NCBI GenBank assembly: GCA_051362555.1
Contig: CM120644.1
Span: 13,600,567 to 13,664,566 of the forward strand
Reading direction: 5' to 3'
Source: Lingula anatina
Taxonomy: Eukaryota; Animalia; Brachiopoda
DNA length: 64,000 nucleotides
Made by a program: the position numbers and the translations under genes. Positions 50,461-63,000 of the stretch are shown one piece after another; position 1 is the first letter of the stretch, and the number at the start of each line of letters is the position of its first letter. Under the pieces are notes generated by a model, which ran no database searches, was not told where the DNA came from, and saw only the letters and a list, made by a program, of their open reading frames with translations.

Positions 50461-53400
50461 ACATAGGTAGGAAAAGTCATTAATCCGTTTTTTTTTCTTT
50501 AAACAGAACTCGATTATGGCGATTATCAATAGAGCTCCCACTCAAATAGCAAGGAGAAGAGGGCCGCATCTACGCTTCAGCTACTCCGATCACTCCCTGG
50601 TGCCAGCGAGTCCCGCCATGATCCGTCTACGAGGTGGCTGCATTGGGGAAGCGTCCTAGGTATGTGGTGTTTAACTGAAATGGAAAACCCTTAAATGTAA
50701 GCCTGACCACAAAGTGCTGACATAGGTTGGAAAATCATTAATCCGTTTTTCTTTCTGTTAACAGAACTCGATCAAGGCGATTTTCGATAGAGCTCCCACT
50801 GAAAACAGCAAAGAGAAGAGAGCCACATCTACGCTTCAGCTAATCCGATCACTCCTTGGTGCCAGCGAGTCCTGTCAAAGCCTGTCTACGAGGTGACTGC
50901 GATAGGGAAGCATCCAAGGTATGTGTCGTTTAACTGAGATGTAAAAACCTTAAATGAAAGCCTGAGTGCAGAGTGCTGACATAGGTTGTTTTCCTTTCTG
51001 TTAACAGAACACGGTTATGGCGATTCTCGAGAGAGCTCTGACTACAGGAAGGAGAAGAGGGCCACATCTACGCTTCAGCTACTTCGATCACTCCTTGGTG
51101 CCAGCGAGTCCTGTCAAAGCCCGTCTACGAAGTGGCTGCGTTGGGGGAGCGTACAGTGAGTCCTGCCATGGTCTGTCTACGAGGTGGCTGCATCAGGGAA
51201 GCGTCCAAGGTATGTGGATTTTAACTGAGATGGAAAACCCTTAAATGTAAGCCTGACCGCAAAGTGCTGACATAGGTTGGAAAAGTCATTAATCCGTTTT
51301 TCTTTCTGTTAACAGGACTCGATCAAGGGGATTCTCGATAGAGCTCCCACTGAAAACAGCAAAGAGAAGAGGACCACATCTACGCTAAAGCTAATCCGAT
51401 CACTCCTTGGTGCCAGCGAGTCCTGCCATGGTCTGTCTACGAGGTGGCTGCATAGGGGAAGCGTCCAAGGTATGTGGTGTTTAACTGAGATGGAAAAACC
51501 CTTAAATGTAAGCCTGACTGCAGAGTGCTGACATAGGTTGGAAAAGTCATTAATTCGTCTTTCTTTCTGTTAACAGAACACGGTTATGGCGATTCTCGAG
51601 AGAGCTCTGACTACAGGAAGGAGAAGAGGACCACATCTACGCTTCAGCGACTCCGATCAATCCTTGGTGCCAGAGTGCCCCGCTATGGTCTGTCTACGGC
51701 TTGGCTGCATTGGGGAAGCGTCCACGGCATGTGGTTTTTCACTGAGGTGAAAAACCCTTAAAGGTAAGCCTGACTGCAGAGTGCTGACATAGGTAGGAAA
51801 AGACATTAATCCGTTTTTCTTTCTGTTAACAAAACTCGGTTATGGCGATTCTTGAGAGAGCTCCGACTACAGGAAGGAGAAGAGGACCACATCTACGCTT
51901 CAGCGACTCCGATCAATCATTGGTGCCAGAGAGTCCCGCCATGGCCTGTCTATGAGGTGGCTGCATTCGGGAAGCGTCCAGCGAGTCCCGCCATCGTCTG
52001 TCTACGAGATGGCTCCATTGGGGAAGCGTCCAAGGTATGTGGTGTTTAACTAAAAATGGAAAACCCTTAAATGTAAGCCTGACCGTAAAGTGCTGACATA
52101 GGTTGGAAAAGTCATTAATTAGTTTTTCTTTCTGTTAACAGAACTCGATCATGGCGATTCGAGAGACAGCTCCGACTACAGTAAGGAGAAGAGGGCCACA
52201 TCTACGCTTCAGCTACTTCGATCACTCCTTGGTGCCAGCGAGTCCTGTCAAAGCCCGTCTACGAAGTGGCTGCGTTGGGGGGAGCGAACAGTGACTCCTG
52301 CCATGGTCTGTCTACGAGGTGGCTGCATCGGGGAAGCGTCCAAGGTATGTGGTGTTTAACTGAGATGGAAAACCTTTAAATGTAAGCCTGACTGCAAAGT
52401 GCTCCATAGGTTGGAAAAGTCATTAATCCGTTTTTCTTTCTGTTAACAGGACTCGATCAAGGCGATTCTCGATAGAGCTCCCACTGAAAACAGCAAAGAG
52501 AAGAGGACCACATCTACGCTTAAGCTAATCCGATCACTCCTTGGTGCCAGCGAGTCCTGCCATGGTCTGTCTACGAGGTGGCTGCATTGGGGAAGCGTCC
52601 ACGGCATGTGGTTTTTCACTGAGATGAAAAACCCTTAAAGGTAAGCCTGACTGCAGAGTGCTGACATAGGTAGGAAAAGACATTAATCCGTTTTTCTTTC
52701 TGTTAACAGAACTCGGTTATGGCGATTCTTGAGAGAGCTCCGACTACAGGAAGGAGAAGAGGGCACATCTACGTTTCAGCTACTTCGATCACTCCTTGGT
52801 GCCAGCGAGTCCTGTCAAAGCCTGTCTACGAGGTGGCTGCGTTGGGGGAGCCTACAGTGAGTCTGTCATGGTCTGTCTACGAGGTGGCCGCATCGGGGAA
52901 GCATCCAAGGTATGTTGTTTAACTGAGATGGAAAAACCTTAAATGTAAGCCTGAGTGCAGAGTGCTGACATAGGTTGGAAAAGTCATTAATTCGTTTTTC
53001 TTTCTGTTAACAGAACTCGATTATGGCGATTCGAGAGAGAGCTCCGACTACAGGAAGGAGAAGAGGGCCACTTCAACGCTTCAGCGACTCCGATCAATCC
53101 TTGGTGCCAGAGAGTCCCGCTATGGTCTGTCTACGAGGTGACTGCAATTGGGGGAGCGTCCAGCGAGTCCTGCCATGGTCTGTCTACAAGGTGGCTGAAT
53201 TGGGGAAGCGTCCACGGCATGCGGTTTTTCACTGAGATGAAAAACCCTTAAAGGTAAGCCTGACTGCAGAGTACTGACATAGGTTGGAAAAGTTATTAAT
53301 CCGTTTTTCTTTCTGTTAACAGAACTTGGTTATGGCGATTCTCGAGAGAGCACCGACTACAGGCAGGAAAAGAGGACCACATCTACGCTTCAGCGACTCC

Positions 53401-53740
53401 GATCAATGCTTGGTGCCAGCGAGTCCCGCCATGGTCCGACTACGCGGTGGTTTTATTTGGGGAGCGTCCAGCGAGTCCAGACACGGCCTGTCTACGAGGT
53501 GGCTGCATTAGGGAAGCGTCCAGCGAGTCCCGCCATGGTCCGGCTACGCGGTGGTTTTATTGGGGGAGCGTCCAGCGAGTCCAGACACGGCCTGTCTACG
53601 AGGTGGCTGCATTAGGGAAGCGTCCAGCAAGTCCTGCCATGGTCTGTCTACGAGTTGCTACGAGGTGGCTGCACTGGGGAAGCGTCCAAGGAATATAGTG
53701 TTTCATTGAGATGGAAAATCCTTTAAGGTAACCCGTGTTA
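50461..53740 (+). repeat. Tandem array of 11 units (about 243-309 bp), each an intron-like part plus an exon-like part with splice signals
   Basis: Exon-like parts start at 50507, 50765, 51008, 51316, 51577, 51833 (AG mutated to AA), 52142, 52450, 52710, 53014 and 53323. Length variation is mostly due to a 52-nt internal sub-repeat. Confidence 0.93.
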
Positions 53741-54124
53741 TTGGGGAGAGAAATAGACTAAAATGCGTTTTTAGTTGCAGTCTTTGCCATAAACTTTTCA
53801 CCTTACTGGCCATTCGGACCTCAACTTTCCTGAAAACTACTGGTCTGAGTCAGGATTCGTCGGTCCGAATTTAAATTTTAATAAAACTGGACTGGAATGC
53901 ATTTTTATATCATTATTAACGAGACCTTCACATTTTTAGAATTATGATGTAACAATTATATTAATATAACTTGGAAAATGTAATTGTCAAATAACCAATT
54001 TAAACATTCTGACAAATCTACTTGTCCGAACAATAATTAGTATGTCAGTCATTGATTGTGCAGAAAATAGACGAATGGTTGGTAATTTAATAAACATAAT
54101 AATTAGAAAGTGTTACCGTTTTAG

Positions 54125-54280
54125 AGAACAAAAAAGATGAGACCCTGGAAAATCGCAACGTGAAAACAAAGCAGCAGGACGGCAAGAAGTTTAGTATCGT
54201 AATAGTGCTGGGTTTGCTTTGGAAGAGCACAGACGATGACCTGAAGGGTTACTTCTCAGTTTGGTGAAATCATGGCACAG
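54125..54280 (+). pseudogene. TARDBP: TDP-43/TARDBP-like exon (NLS linker plus start of RRM1), frameshifted
   Basis: ttttag|AG gives ENKKDETLENRNVKTKQQDGKKFSIVIVLGLLWKSTDDDLKGYFS, then after a frameshift QFGEIMAQ|gtac. This resembles TDP-43 DNKRKMDE...[31 protein letters not shown], with the same phase-1/phase-0 exon limits. Confidence 0.75.
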
Positions 54281-54636
54281 GTACTCGTCTCTACTCATTA
54301 AGATCACTGATATGGGTTTCATGAAAAGTTTTTTAGTCTTTAATTTTAGATCAAAAGGATTAAAATAGAGTTATTACTTGTATCAAATAATTGCAATTTC
54401 GATCTTCTTATAAAACTTATTACTATTTTAAGCAAAATGAAAATGATGTTAGTTGTCAAGGTTCTGGTAGAAAAGCCCTTAGACATGCGCTGTTATGAAA
54501 CGATCCACTGTCACCGTAAAATGATTTTTCTCGGCCATTAACCACCCTTTTATGATAAACCACTTTTCAAAGTTAGTACGTTGGGGGAGGGAAGTATCGG
54601 GGAAAAACTAATGCCATTTTTCCTTTCTATTTACAG

Positions 54637-54812
54637 AATTCGATTACGGCAAGTCCAGATAGAGCTCTCACTTTTCGTTAGAAGATTCTAGCCATGGTCT
54701 GTTTATAAGGTGGCTGCATGGGGGAACATCAGAAGCATAAGGTGTTTCTCGGAAATGGAAATCTTCCAAGCCGTAAAAGGTAACTCGTGTTATTGCGGAG
54801 AATAACACTAAA
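54637..54812 (+). repeat. Diverged twelfth copy of the array exon module, including the 3' flank of the last unit
   Basis: ttacag|aattcgattacggc..gatagagctc..gccatggtctgt..ggtggctgcat..aag|gtaactcgtgttattg matches 53727 aag|gtaacccgtgttattg. Confidence 0.75.
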
Positions 54813-57800
54813 GTCATTTTTCTTACCATACAAAATTCTTGAGATAAAGCCCTTAGCCACATAAATTTTACAGCTCACTTTCACAAGGCAATGTATCTCC
54901 CCCTTGACCCACTTCTGAAATAAATAAAAAAAATAAGCTTAGTGGATCGGGTAGGGAGGAGAGGTAAATAGGGAAACTAAAGTCTTCAAAATTTCTGTTT
55001 TTAAGTTGAGACAAATGGCATTGGTGAGCGCCTGCCCTGATGATGGTCCACTTTCATAAGGTTAAAATGGAGAAAGCATATAGGATTTCGAGTCCTTACC
55101 TAGTCGTGATACCATTGAAATTTAGGACCCTTTGAGGTAAGTTATGGGCAAGGGTAGAGGGTGAACAGGGAACTTGATTGCCATTTATTCTGTAGGCATT
55201 ACAAATCTTTTGTCAATGCAAATTCAACAAACTGAACATTTTGTGCAACGTCTTAGACAAAATTGTTTTAAATTAGACTGTTCGGAAACTGTAGTCTAGT
55301 CACTAAATGTAGATATTTGTTTTCTATTTACATTTTACCCAAGGAAATCATATAGCAGACATTTTAGAATCCAAAAGCTCTTGCAATTAGTCACAAACTT
55401 GAAATATACTTATGTAAAAAAAATTAATTTCTGTGGTCAAAAGCTTTTACTTTATCACAAACTTGAAAAAAAATCACTCATTCAAAATATTTTGACACCC
55501 TATCGGCCAACTTTCAGATCTTCATCAGTTTCACTGTGACAGACGTGACGTTGTCACTAGTCTAGAATACTAGGAGCTACTACCCCCCAATCTCGCCCTC
55601 AGTCCTGAGGTTGTGGTACGAAGAGACCATCGCACAGGTGAGCATGTACTTTCATCTCGTTTCAGATTGTTTTAACAATTAACGCTTAAAAGCGTTTTCG
55701 TGATTCATATTTCTTCCTTTTATCCCTCTTATTTTCCTAGTAACTTTCTATTTGCAGAATGCAGAATGTTTTTATTGTATTGTGTTATAGAAATAAAATG
55801 ATATAAAATAAAATAACCGTATTAAGAACCAAAGCATTATGAAACAATATTTACTATAGTTAATGGTGTGTGAATACCAGTGACATGTTCTTTGTTGCAA
55901 TTACTGCAAGTTTTCAATTACTTTTCATACTTTTGTGTGAACATTTTACATTTCATTTGTAGGTTACGAAAGGGCACTTTGCCAGAAACAATGCCCGAAC
56001 GCAGATACCATCAATCCTAGACCAAATGTCCAAGATGCGAAACATTTAATGTTGCTAGCAACGAGCCCCTGTGGACACTTTTTTATTTGATGATCGGACG
56101 TCCTGGCAGTATTGGTTTTAAAGGACACAGCTTGTCTGCAAAAAAAAAAAAAAAAAAAAAAAATGTAGAATGGTAATGAAGAGCGTTGTACTGAATGTAA
56201 GAGGAATACAATCCAATGTACTCGAGTCTTTTATTTATTGAGGATTTTTGCGCTTCATAGGTCACAGATATGAATCGGGTGTAATTGCATTTAATAAGTT
56301 TTTCACTTATGACGGGAAAACATTTTTTCACAATAGCTTAAGAAAAGTTAAGATAAAACTGAAGTTCAGTATGATCAGTCATTATTCCAGTGTTCAATTG
56401 AATAAGATGAACTGTGTTTCCGTGTGAAAAACTTAAGCCTGCCTTTACAGTTATTATTAAAATTTCAAATAGAATATCCAGTTGCTTTATCCACATTCTA
56501 AATGCAGACAGTTTTTCGCTCGCAAAACAATGGTGGTACCACCACTTATGGTCGTCTGTGTTTTATTTCAATCTTAGTGATGTAGTCATTTTTCAAATTT
56601 GTGCTTTTGATGATGTGGAGATATTCGTCAGTATAGCATTTGAGAAGATCATAAGCCGCACACTAACCTCAAGTAACCCGCGCATTACTAATATTACTAA
56701 TATATTATGATTTTCTCAAGTGTTATAGTTGACAAATATATCCAATTCATCATATATGCACCTTTTTTCTCCGAACCCGAAAAATTCGAATTGAAATTTG
56801 CATGGACGGTCATACAGTGTAATGTGAAACCTAAAATATGTAGAAGAAAGCTTGCTTTATTCTTTATTTATATCATACAGATAGTTGCGATGTCAGGGCA
56901 AAATTACATTTGAGAAACTTCTGTTTTAAACAGTGATAAGTTAATTTCAATCATTGAGTTGTCTGGGTAATAATAATATTACCTGAACTTTTGTATATTT
57001 TATCACGAGAGAGAACTATACCAGGTTTTGATGTATGCTTTCTGTTTTAAAAGGATCGAGTTACTTTATTTATGACTTCATATTCCTAGATGAAGTTAAA
57101 ATAAGCCCTGGTTTAATTGTGTTAAGACTTAGTAAATGTCTTGTCTTCAGTACCTTTTTCAGTAGGAATTACATGTACTTTGGTAAATTCTTGTACTTCA
57201 TTTTGTGTACCAGTCTAATGTATACAGAGAATAGTTTGTAGCACGAGCAAAACTTTATTCAGTTGCACCATGCTGTATTATATATGGACAATATTTATGA
57301 ACTGTAAAGCGCCGGGCCAATAAAAAAAACTGTTTCAAGAAGCATCCGGGCGTGGGCATTTTCCCAGCATTCCCCACGAAGGGTTTAGACGGGTTTTTCC
57401 CCACGGCCCGAGGGCATCGGGTACTACCATTTATTGATTCATTGCATGTACATGATTCATTTATGATTACTAAAGTACTTGAAATTGAATGTCACTGTAT
57501 ACAATAGTTGAATAAAACTATATTCTCTAATTTTTCTTTTTGTTTAAAAAAAAAGGCTTATACAGCTGAGGAAAATAATCACCAGACTTGCAAAATTATT
57601 TTAGTGGAGTCGCATTGCCTATGCACGTGGCTCCTTTAATAATCAGTCAAAATTCTTTTCAATTGTCCATTCTCACTTAAACTTAATTTAAGATTTGTCG
57701 ATTTCTGCCACGTAGCTTTTTTTCCTTAAAACTAGTAATGTTGGCAATGCCAAGGTAAAATATTTTTTTGGAAATGAACCTGCGGTGTTGCGTAACTCTT

Positions 57801-58171
57801 TCGCCGGGCATAACTCGGACCGATACCTAGATTATCCCGAGTTTGATTAGAGCCCCCAAAGTCAACCGTCTTACATAAATATATTCTGATGCAGATGTAA
57901 GAAACGAACACCTCTTGATGTTACTGAAGGAGTACTTTATATATAGGGGCGGATCCAGGATTTTAGAAGGGGTCGTTTTTATCTATTCCCCCACGAAAAA
58001 AAGCACTTTTTAAGATTCGGTGAGTTGACGGAACGATTCGAATCAAGCATTAAATAATTTAATTATAAATTAATATATTCGCATTAAACTCAATACATTT
58101 ACGATGCAGGACTCAGATATTTTCGATATGTAAGAGTTTGTCGCATATACGTGACTGACAGACCACATCAA

Positions 58172-58400
58172 ACACCCCATTTCCATAGATTTTTAGATCG
58201 ATCTATCCCCGCGGGGAGTCTCACTAGATTACTGTCTGCTTGGCCGGCTTAAGCGTCTGTCCCGCCTACTAAAAGCTGTAATGGGGTAATTAACTATGGT
58301 GCCCGCTCGGCTGAGTGCAATTTAGCGTGAACCCCCAGGGAGTTAGGTCGATCTAAAACTTAATCCTTAGATCGATCTAAAGCTCTGGGAAAGCACCCTA
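58172..58400. mobile_element. Second copy (inverted) of the MITE at 3398-3610
   Basis: gtgaacccccagggagttaggtcgatctaaa is the reverse complement of 3430-3460. Confidence 0.75.
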
Positions 58401-60060
58401 AGATGATCTTGCGTTATAATCCGCTATGACTTAGTAAACAGAAACACTAATATACAAGACAGTCGAAAGTAAAGGCCGAAAGTAGGTCGATGGCATTGAA
58501 AGTCACATACTAACAGAGCCCATTTTTGGGCACTTTTACTTTTAGTAGAGAATTCCTGTTTAAATATAAAATTTCGCATACTTCAATATGACTTATTACC
58601 GTTCACAGCTACACAAAGGCAGTCAGTTGGGACATTTGATGCCACTCGCGCTTTACTCGTCTTGGAAACTTTTATTTCATATTCGATTGTTATATGTCAA
58701 ATGAATGAAGCTGTAGGTTATAAAATTCATCCCTGTGAAATACACCGCTACAATTTCCATTTCAGTGGGCCTAACCATCCTTCTAAAAACATTTGAATTT
58801 ATATTATCTGTGTTGAGTATAGTCGCATGTTGGCTTCAACAACGCTCTCTCGGTCGGTTAAAATCATTAAACCTAACAAGAATTACTTTTAACGTATATT
58901 TCCAGTTAAGAGAGTTAAATTCATATTTCTACTATTCTTGATAATTTTCATCGTAAATATGGCGATAAACGCAGCATAAACTTCCCAAACAATGGCAAAT
59001 GCAAGATTATAATTTTATAAAGGTAAAAAAGAAATTATAAACATAGCTTTAATGTTTACTGATTTACCAACCATAAATTTACTTTCAAGTTAAACCTAAC
59101 AATGAGGATTTATTTTGTGTTGAAAAAAGCACTGCATTGCGATTCGCGGTCGCCTCCAGGTGCGTGTTACCAGTGTACACATATTCATTATATATATGTA
59201 TAAATGGTGATGTGATCAACAAAATGCAAACTCAACTGGTGCTCATTTCGAAATAAAATGTTAGCCAAATTGTCATAATGTCTAGAGCTTTTGTTGCCTG
59301 AAAACTTGTTGAAATAAAATCTAGGACAAACGGATCAAACAAAGCACAGTATGGTGGTAGACAGTAGGTGAACGCCAGACCCCAAAATTGAATTTCTATT
59401 GAATTGATTTTGAGCAGACTCAGTCGAACGGGCTTGGATAACCATGCAATTTTCACACCCTTTAATTTTCATTTATGTTTGAGGTTAAAGTTTAAGAAAA
59501 AGCAATGTCATATTTGTATGACAGAAAAAACGCTTGTACTTACACTATAACATCACTTGATCATAAAAATAAAGTTTGAATATATTTCATTTTTTCAAAA
59601 ACGATTCTGGCAACCAAAAAGTAGTGTCGATTTTCAGATCCGACCCGATACAGCGCACAGGTCTGTCCCTGAGTTTCTCGCCGTGTTGAATGGTTGACTA
59701 AATTTGCTTTTATTCAATAAGAATAAACAATCTTGGCAGCCAGAAACTACTGTCATTTTTCAAAATCGATTCTAGCAACCAGAAACTAGTATCATTTTTC
59801 AGATCTGATTCTGACGTTGAGAAACCATTATCGTTTTTGCAGTGGGAGACAAGAGTGGGCGGAGGCAGAGGCGACTGGCGATTAGCGTCTATATTCAGCA
59901 TCTCATATTGGAGAAAATGGGACATTTAAATTTGTTCTATTGATATTTCCCCATCTCAAAATGTTTGTATATGTTACAGAAATAAAATAAATAAATAGAC
60001 TAAAGTAAGAAAGATAGCCTAGTCAGAGTTCTGCTTCCTTATCTGAGGTTTTCATAATAG

Positions 60061-63000
60061 TGCGATGTTGTATATGTGCGCACGCTTGTTTTTACGTCGT
60101 TTATTCTTCTTTGTTACGTAAATATGATACATACGTTACCGATACATACGTTACCATGAAGCGTGTAAATAATTAGTCTATTTTCATTGGTTTTCTTCGC
60201 TTTGTGGGCCAACACTTATGTCTTTTATTTGTGTTTCATTAAAAAAGTGTTGACGCACAAAAGGAAAGACAACCAATGTAAATAGAATAAAAATTTTTTA
60301 CACGCTTTATGGTAACGTATGTATCATTTTAACGTAACAAAGAAGAATGAGCGACGTAATGACATGCGTGCGCACATATACAACGTTTCACGCAACCGTA
60401 GAGTCGCGACAACAAAGAACAAACAATGAAATCAGAAAACAATACCTTCACATTATTTGGTAACGTATGTATCGGTGACGTATGTATCATATAAACAATT
60501 TGAACAAACGGTTTCAAGACAAGTAATCTTTACTTGCCCTGCTTTTCCTTCTTATTGTAATGTAGTATACCGTAAGAATAAGGCGTTTGCTCACAAAAAG
60601 GACAACAAACAATAAAGATAAAAGTATTTACACGCTCAATGGTAACTATTTCCCTTGGTTGTCTTTTGTTTTGTGCGCCATCAATTATGTCTTTATGTTA
60701 CATTACAATAAAAGAAATCGAGAAAAATTACATTTTTTGCCTTCAGCTAGCTATGAAAATTGTACATATGATACATAAATTACTGATACATACGTAAACA
60801 AAAATATGAAGATGTTGTTTTCTTATTTCATTGATTGTTCTCTGTTTTCATGACTTTGTGAGTGCGTGTGACTTTGTATATGTGAGCACGCATGGTTTTA
60901 CGACGCTCATTATTCTTTGTAACGTTAATTGAAAACGTTTATTTACCACGAAGCGTGTAAATATATATTTATTCTATTTTCGTTAGTTCTTTCGTTTTGT
61001 GGGACAACACTTATGCCTTAACGTGACATTAAAATGAAAGAAAACGAGACTAAAAAGATTTCTTGCCTTTAACTATCTGTGAAAATTGTCCATTTGATTC
61101 ATACGGTACCGATATGTACGTGTTGCTTTCTGATTCCATTGATTGTTTTCTGTTGTCACGGCTTTGTAAGTGCGTGTGACTTTGTATATGTGCGCACTAC
61201 GTTTTACGGCGTTCATTCTTATTTGTTACGTAAATATGATACATACGTTACCAAATAACGTGAAGGTATTGTTTTCTGATTTCATTGTTTGTTCTCTGTT
61301 GTCGCGACTCTGTGGTTGCGTGTGACGTTGTATATTTGCGCACGTTTGTTTTTACGTCGCTTATTCTTCTTTGTTACGTTAAAATGATACATACGTTACC
61401 GACACATACTTTTCCATGAAGCGTGTAAATAATTAGTCTATTGTCATTGGTTTTCTTCGCTTTGCGGGCCAACACTTATGACTCTTATTTGTGTTTCATT
61501 GAAAAAGTGTTGACGCACAAAAGGAAAGACAACCAATGAAAATAGAAAAAAAAATATTAACACGCTTTATGGTAACGTATGTATCATTTTAACGTAACAA
61601 AGAAGAATGAGCGACGTAATAACATGCGTGCGCACATATACAACGTTACACGCAACCACAGAGTCGCGACAACAGAGAACAAACAATGAAATCAGAAAAC
61701 AATACTTTCACATTATTTGGTAACGTATGTATCGGTGACTTATGTATCATATAAACAATTTGAACAATCGGTTTCAAGACAAGTAATCTTAACTTGCCCT
61801 GCTTTTCTTTCTTATTGTAATGTAGTATACCGTAAGAATAAGGCGTTTGCTCATAAAACGGACAACAAACAATAAATAAAAATATTGACACGCTCAATGA
61901 TAACTATTTCCCTTGGTTGTCTTTTATTTTGTGCGCCATCAATTATGTCTTAATGTTACGTTACAAAAGAAATCGAGAAAAATTAGATTTCTTGCCTTCA
62001 ACTATTTGTGAAAATTGTTCATATGATACATAAGTTACTGATACATACGTAAACAAAAATATGAAGATGTTGTTTTCTTATTTCATTGATTGTTCTCTGT
62101 TTTCATGACTTTGTGAGTGCCTGGGACTTTGTATATGTGAGCACGCATGGTTTTACGACGCTCATTATTCTTTGTTACGTTAATTTAAGACATGTGTTAC
62201 CAATACATACGTTACCACGAAGCGTGTAAATATTTATTTATTCTATTTTCATTAGTTCTTTCGTTCTGTGGGCCAACACTATTGCCTTAATGTGACATTA
62301 AAATAAAAGAAAACGAGACAAAAAAGATTTCTTGCCTTCAACTATCTGTGAAAATTGTCCATTTGATTCATACGTTACCGATATGTACGTGACCAAATAA
62401 TATGAAGTTGTTGTTTTCTGATTCCATTGATTGTTTTCTCTTGTCAGGGCTTTGTGAGTGCGTGTGACTTGGTATATGTGCGAACTACGTTTTACGGCGT
62501 TCATTCTTATTTGCTACGTAAATATGATACATACTTAACCAAATAACGTGAAGGTATTGTTTTCTGATTTCATTGTTTGTTCTCTGTTGTCGCGACTCTG
62601 TGGTTGCGTGCGACGTTGTATATGTGCGCACGCTTGTTTTTACGTCGCTTATTCTTCTTTGTTACGTTAAAATGATACATACGTTACCGACACATACTTT
62701 TCCATGAAGCGTGTAAATTATTAGTCTATTTTCATTGGTTTTCTTCGCTTTGTGGGCCAACACTTATGAGTTTTATTTGTGTTTCATTGAAAAAGTGTTG
62801 ACACACAAAAGGAAAGACAACCAATGAAAATAGAATAAAAAAATATTGACACGCTTTATGGTAACGTATGTATCATTTTAACGTAACAAAGAAGAATGAG
62901 CGACGTAATGACATGCGTGCGCACATATACAACGTCGCACGCAACCACAGAGTCGCGACAACAGAGAACAAACAATGAAATCAGAAAACAATACTTTCAC

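Noticed and set aside
51017-53698. ORF-track proteins MAILERAPTTGRRRG... as a tandem small-protein gene family
   Set aside because: ORF ends and frames differ among units because of the 52-nt sub-repeat and 1-nt indels, and several units lack the ATG (atcaagg). A conserved protein is not supported, though translation of individual units cannot be excluded.
50461-53740. CRISPR-like array or prokaryotic repeat system
   Set aside because: The context is eukaryotic, the units are 243-309 bp and homologous along their whole length with no unique spacers, and there are no cas genes.
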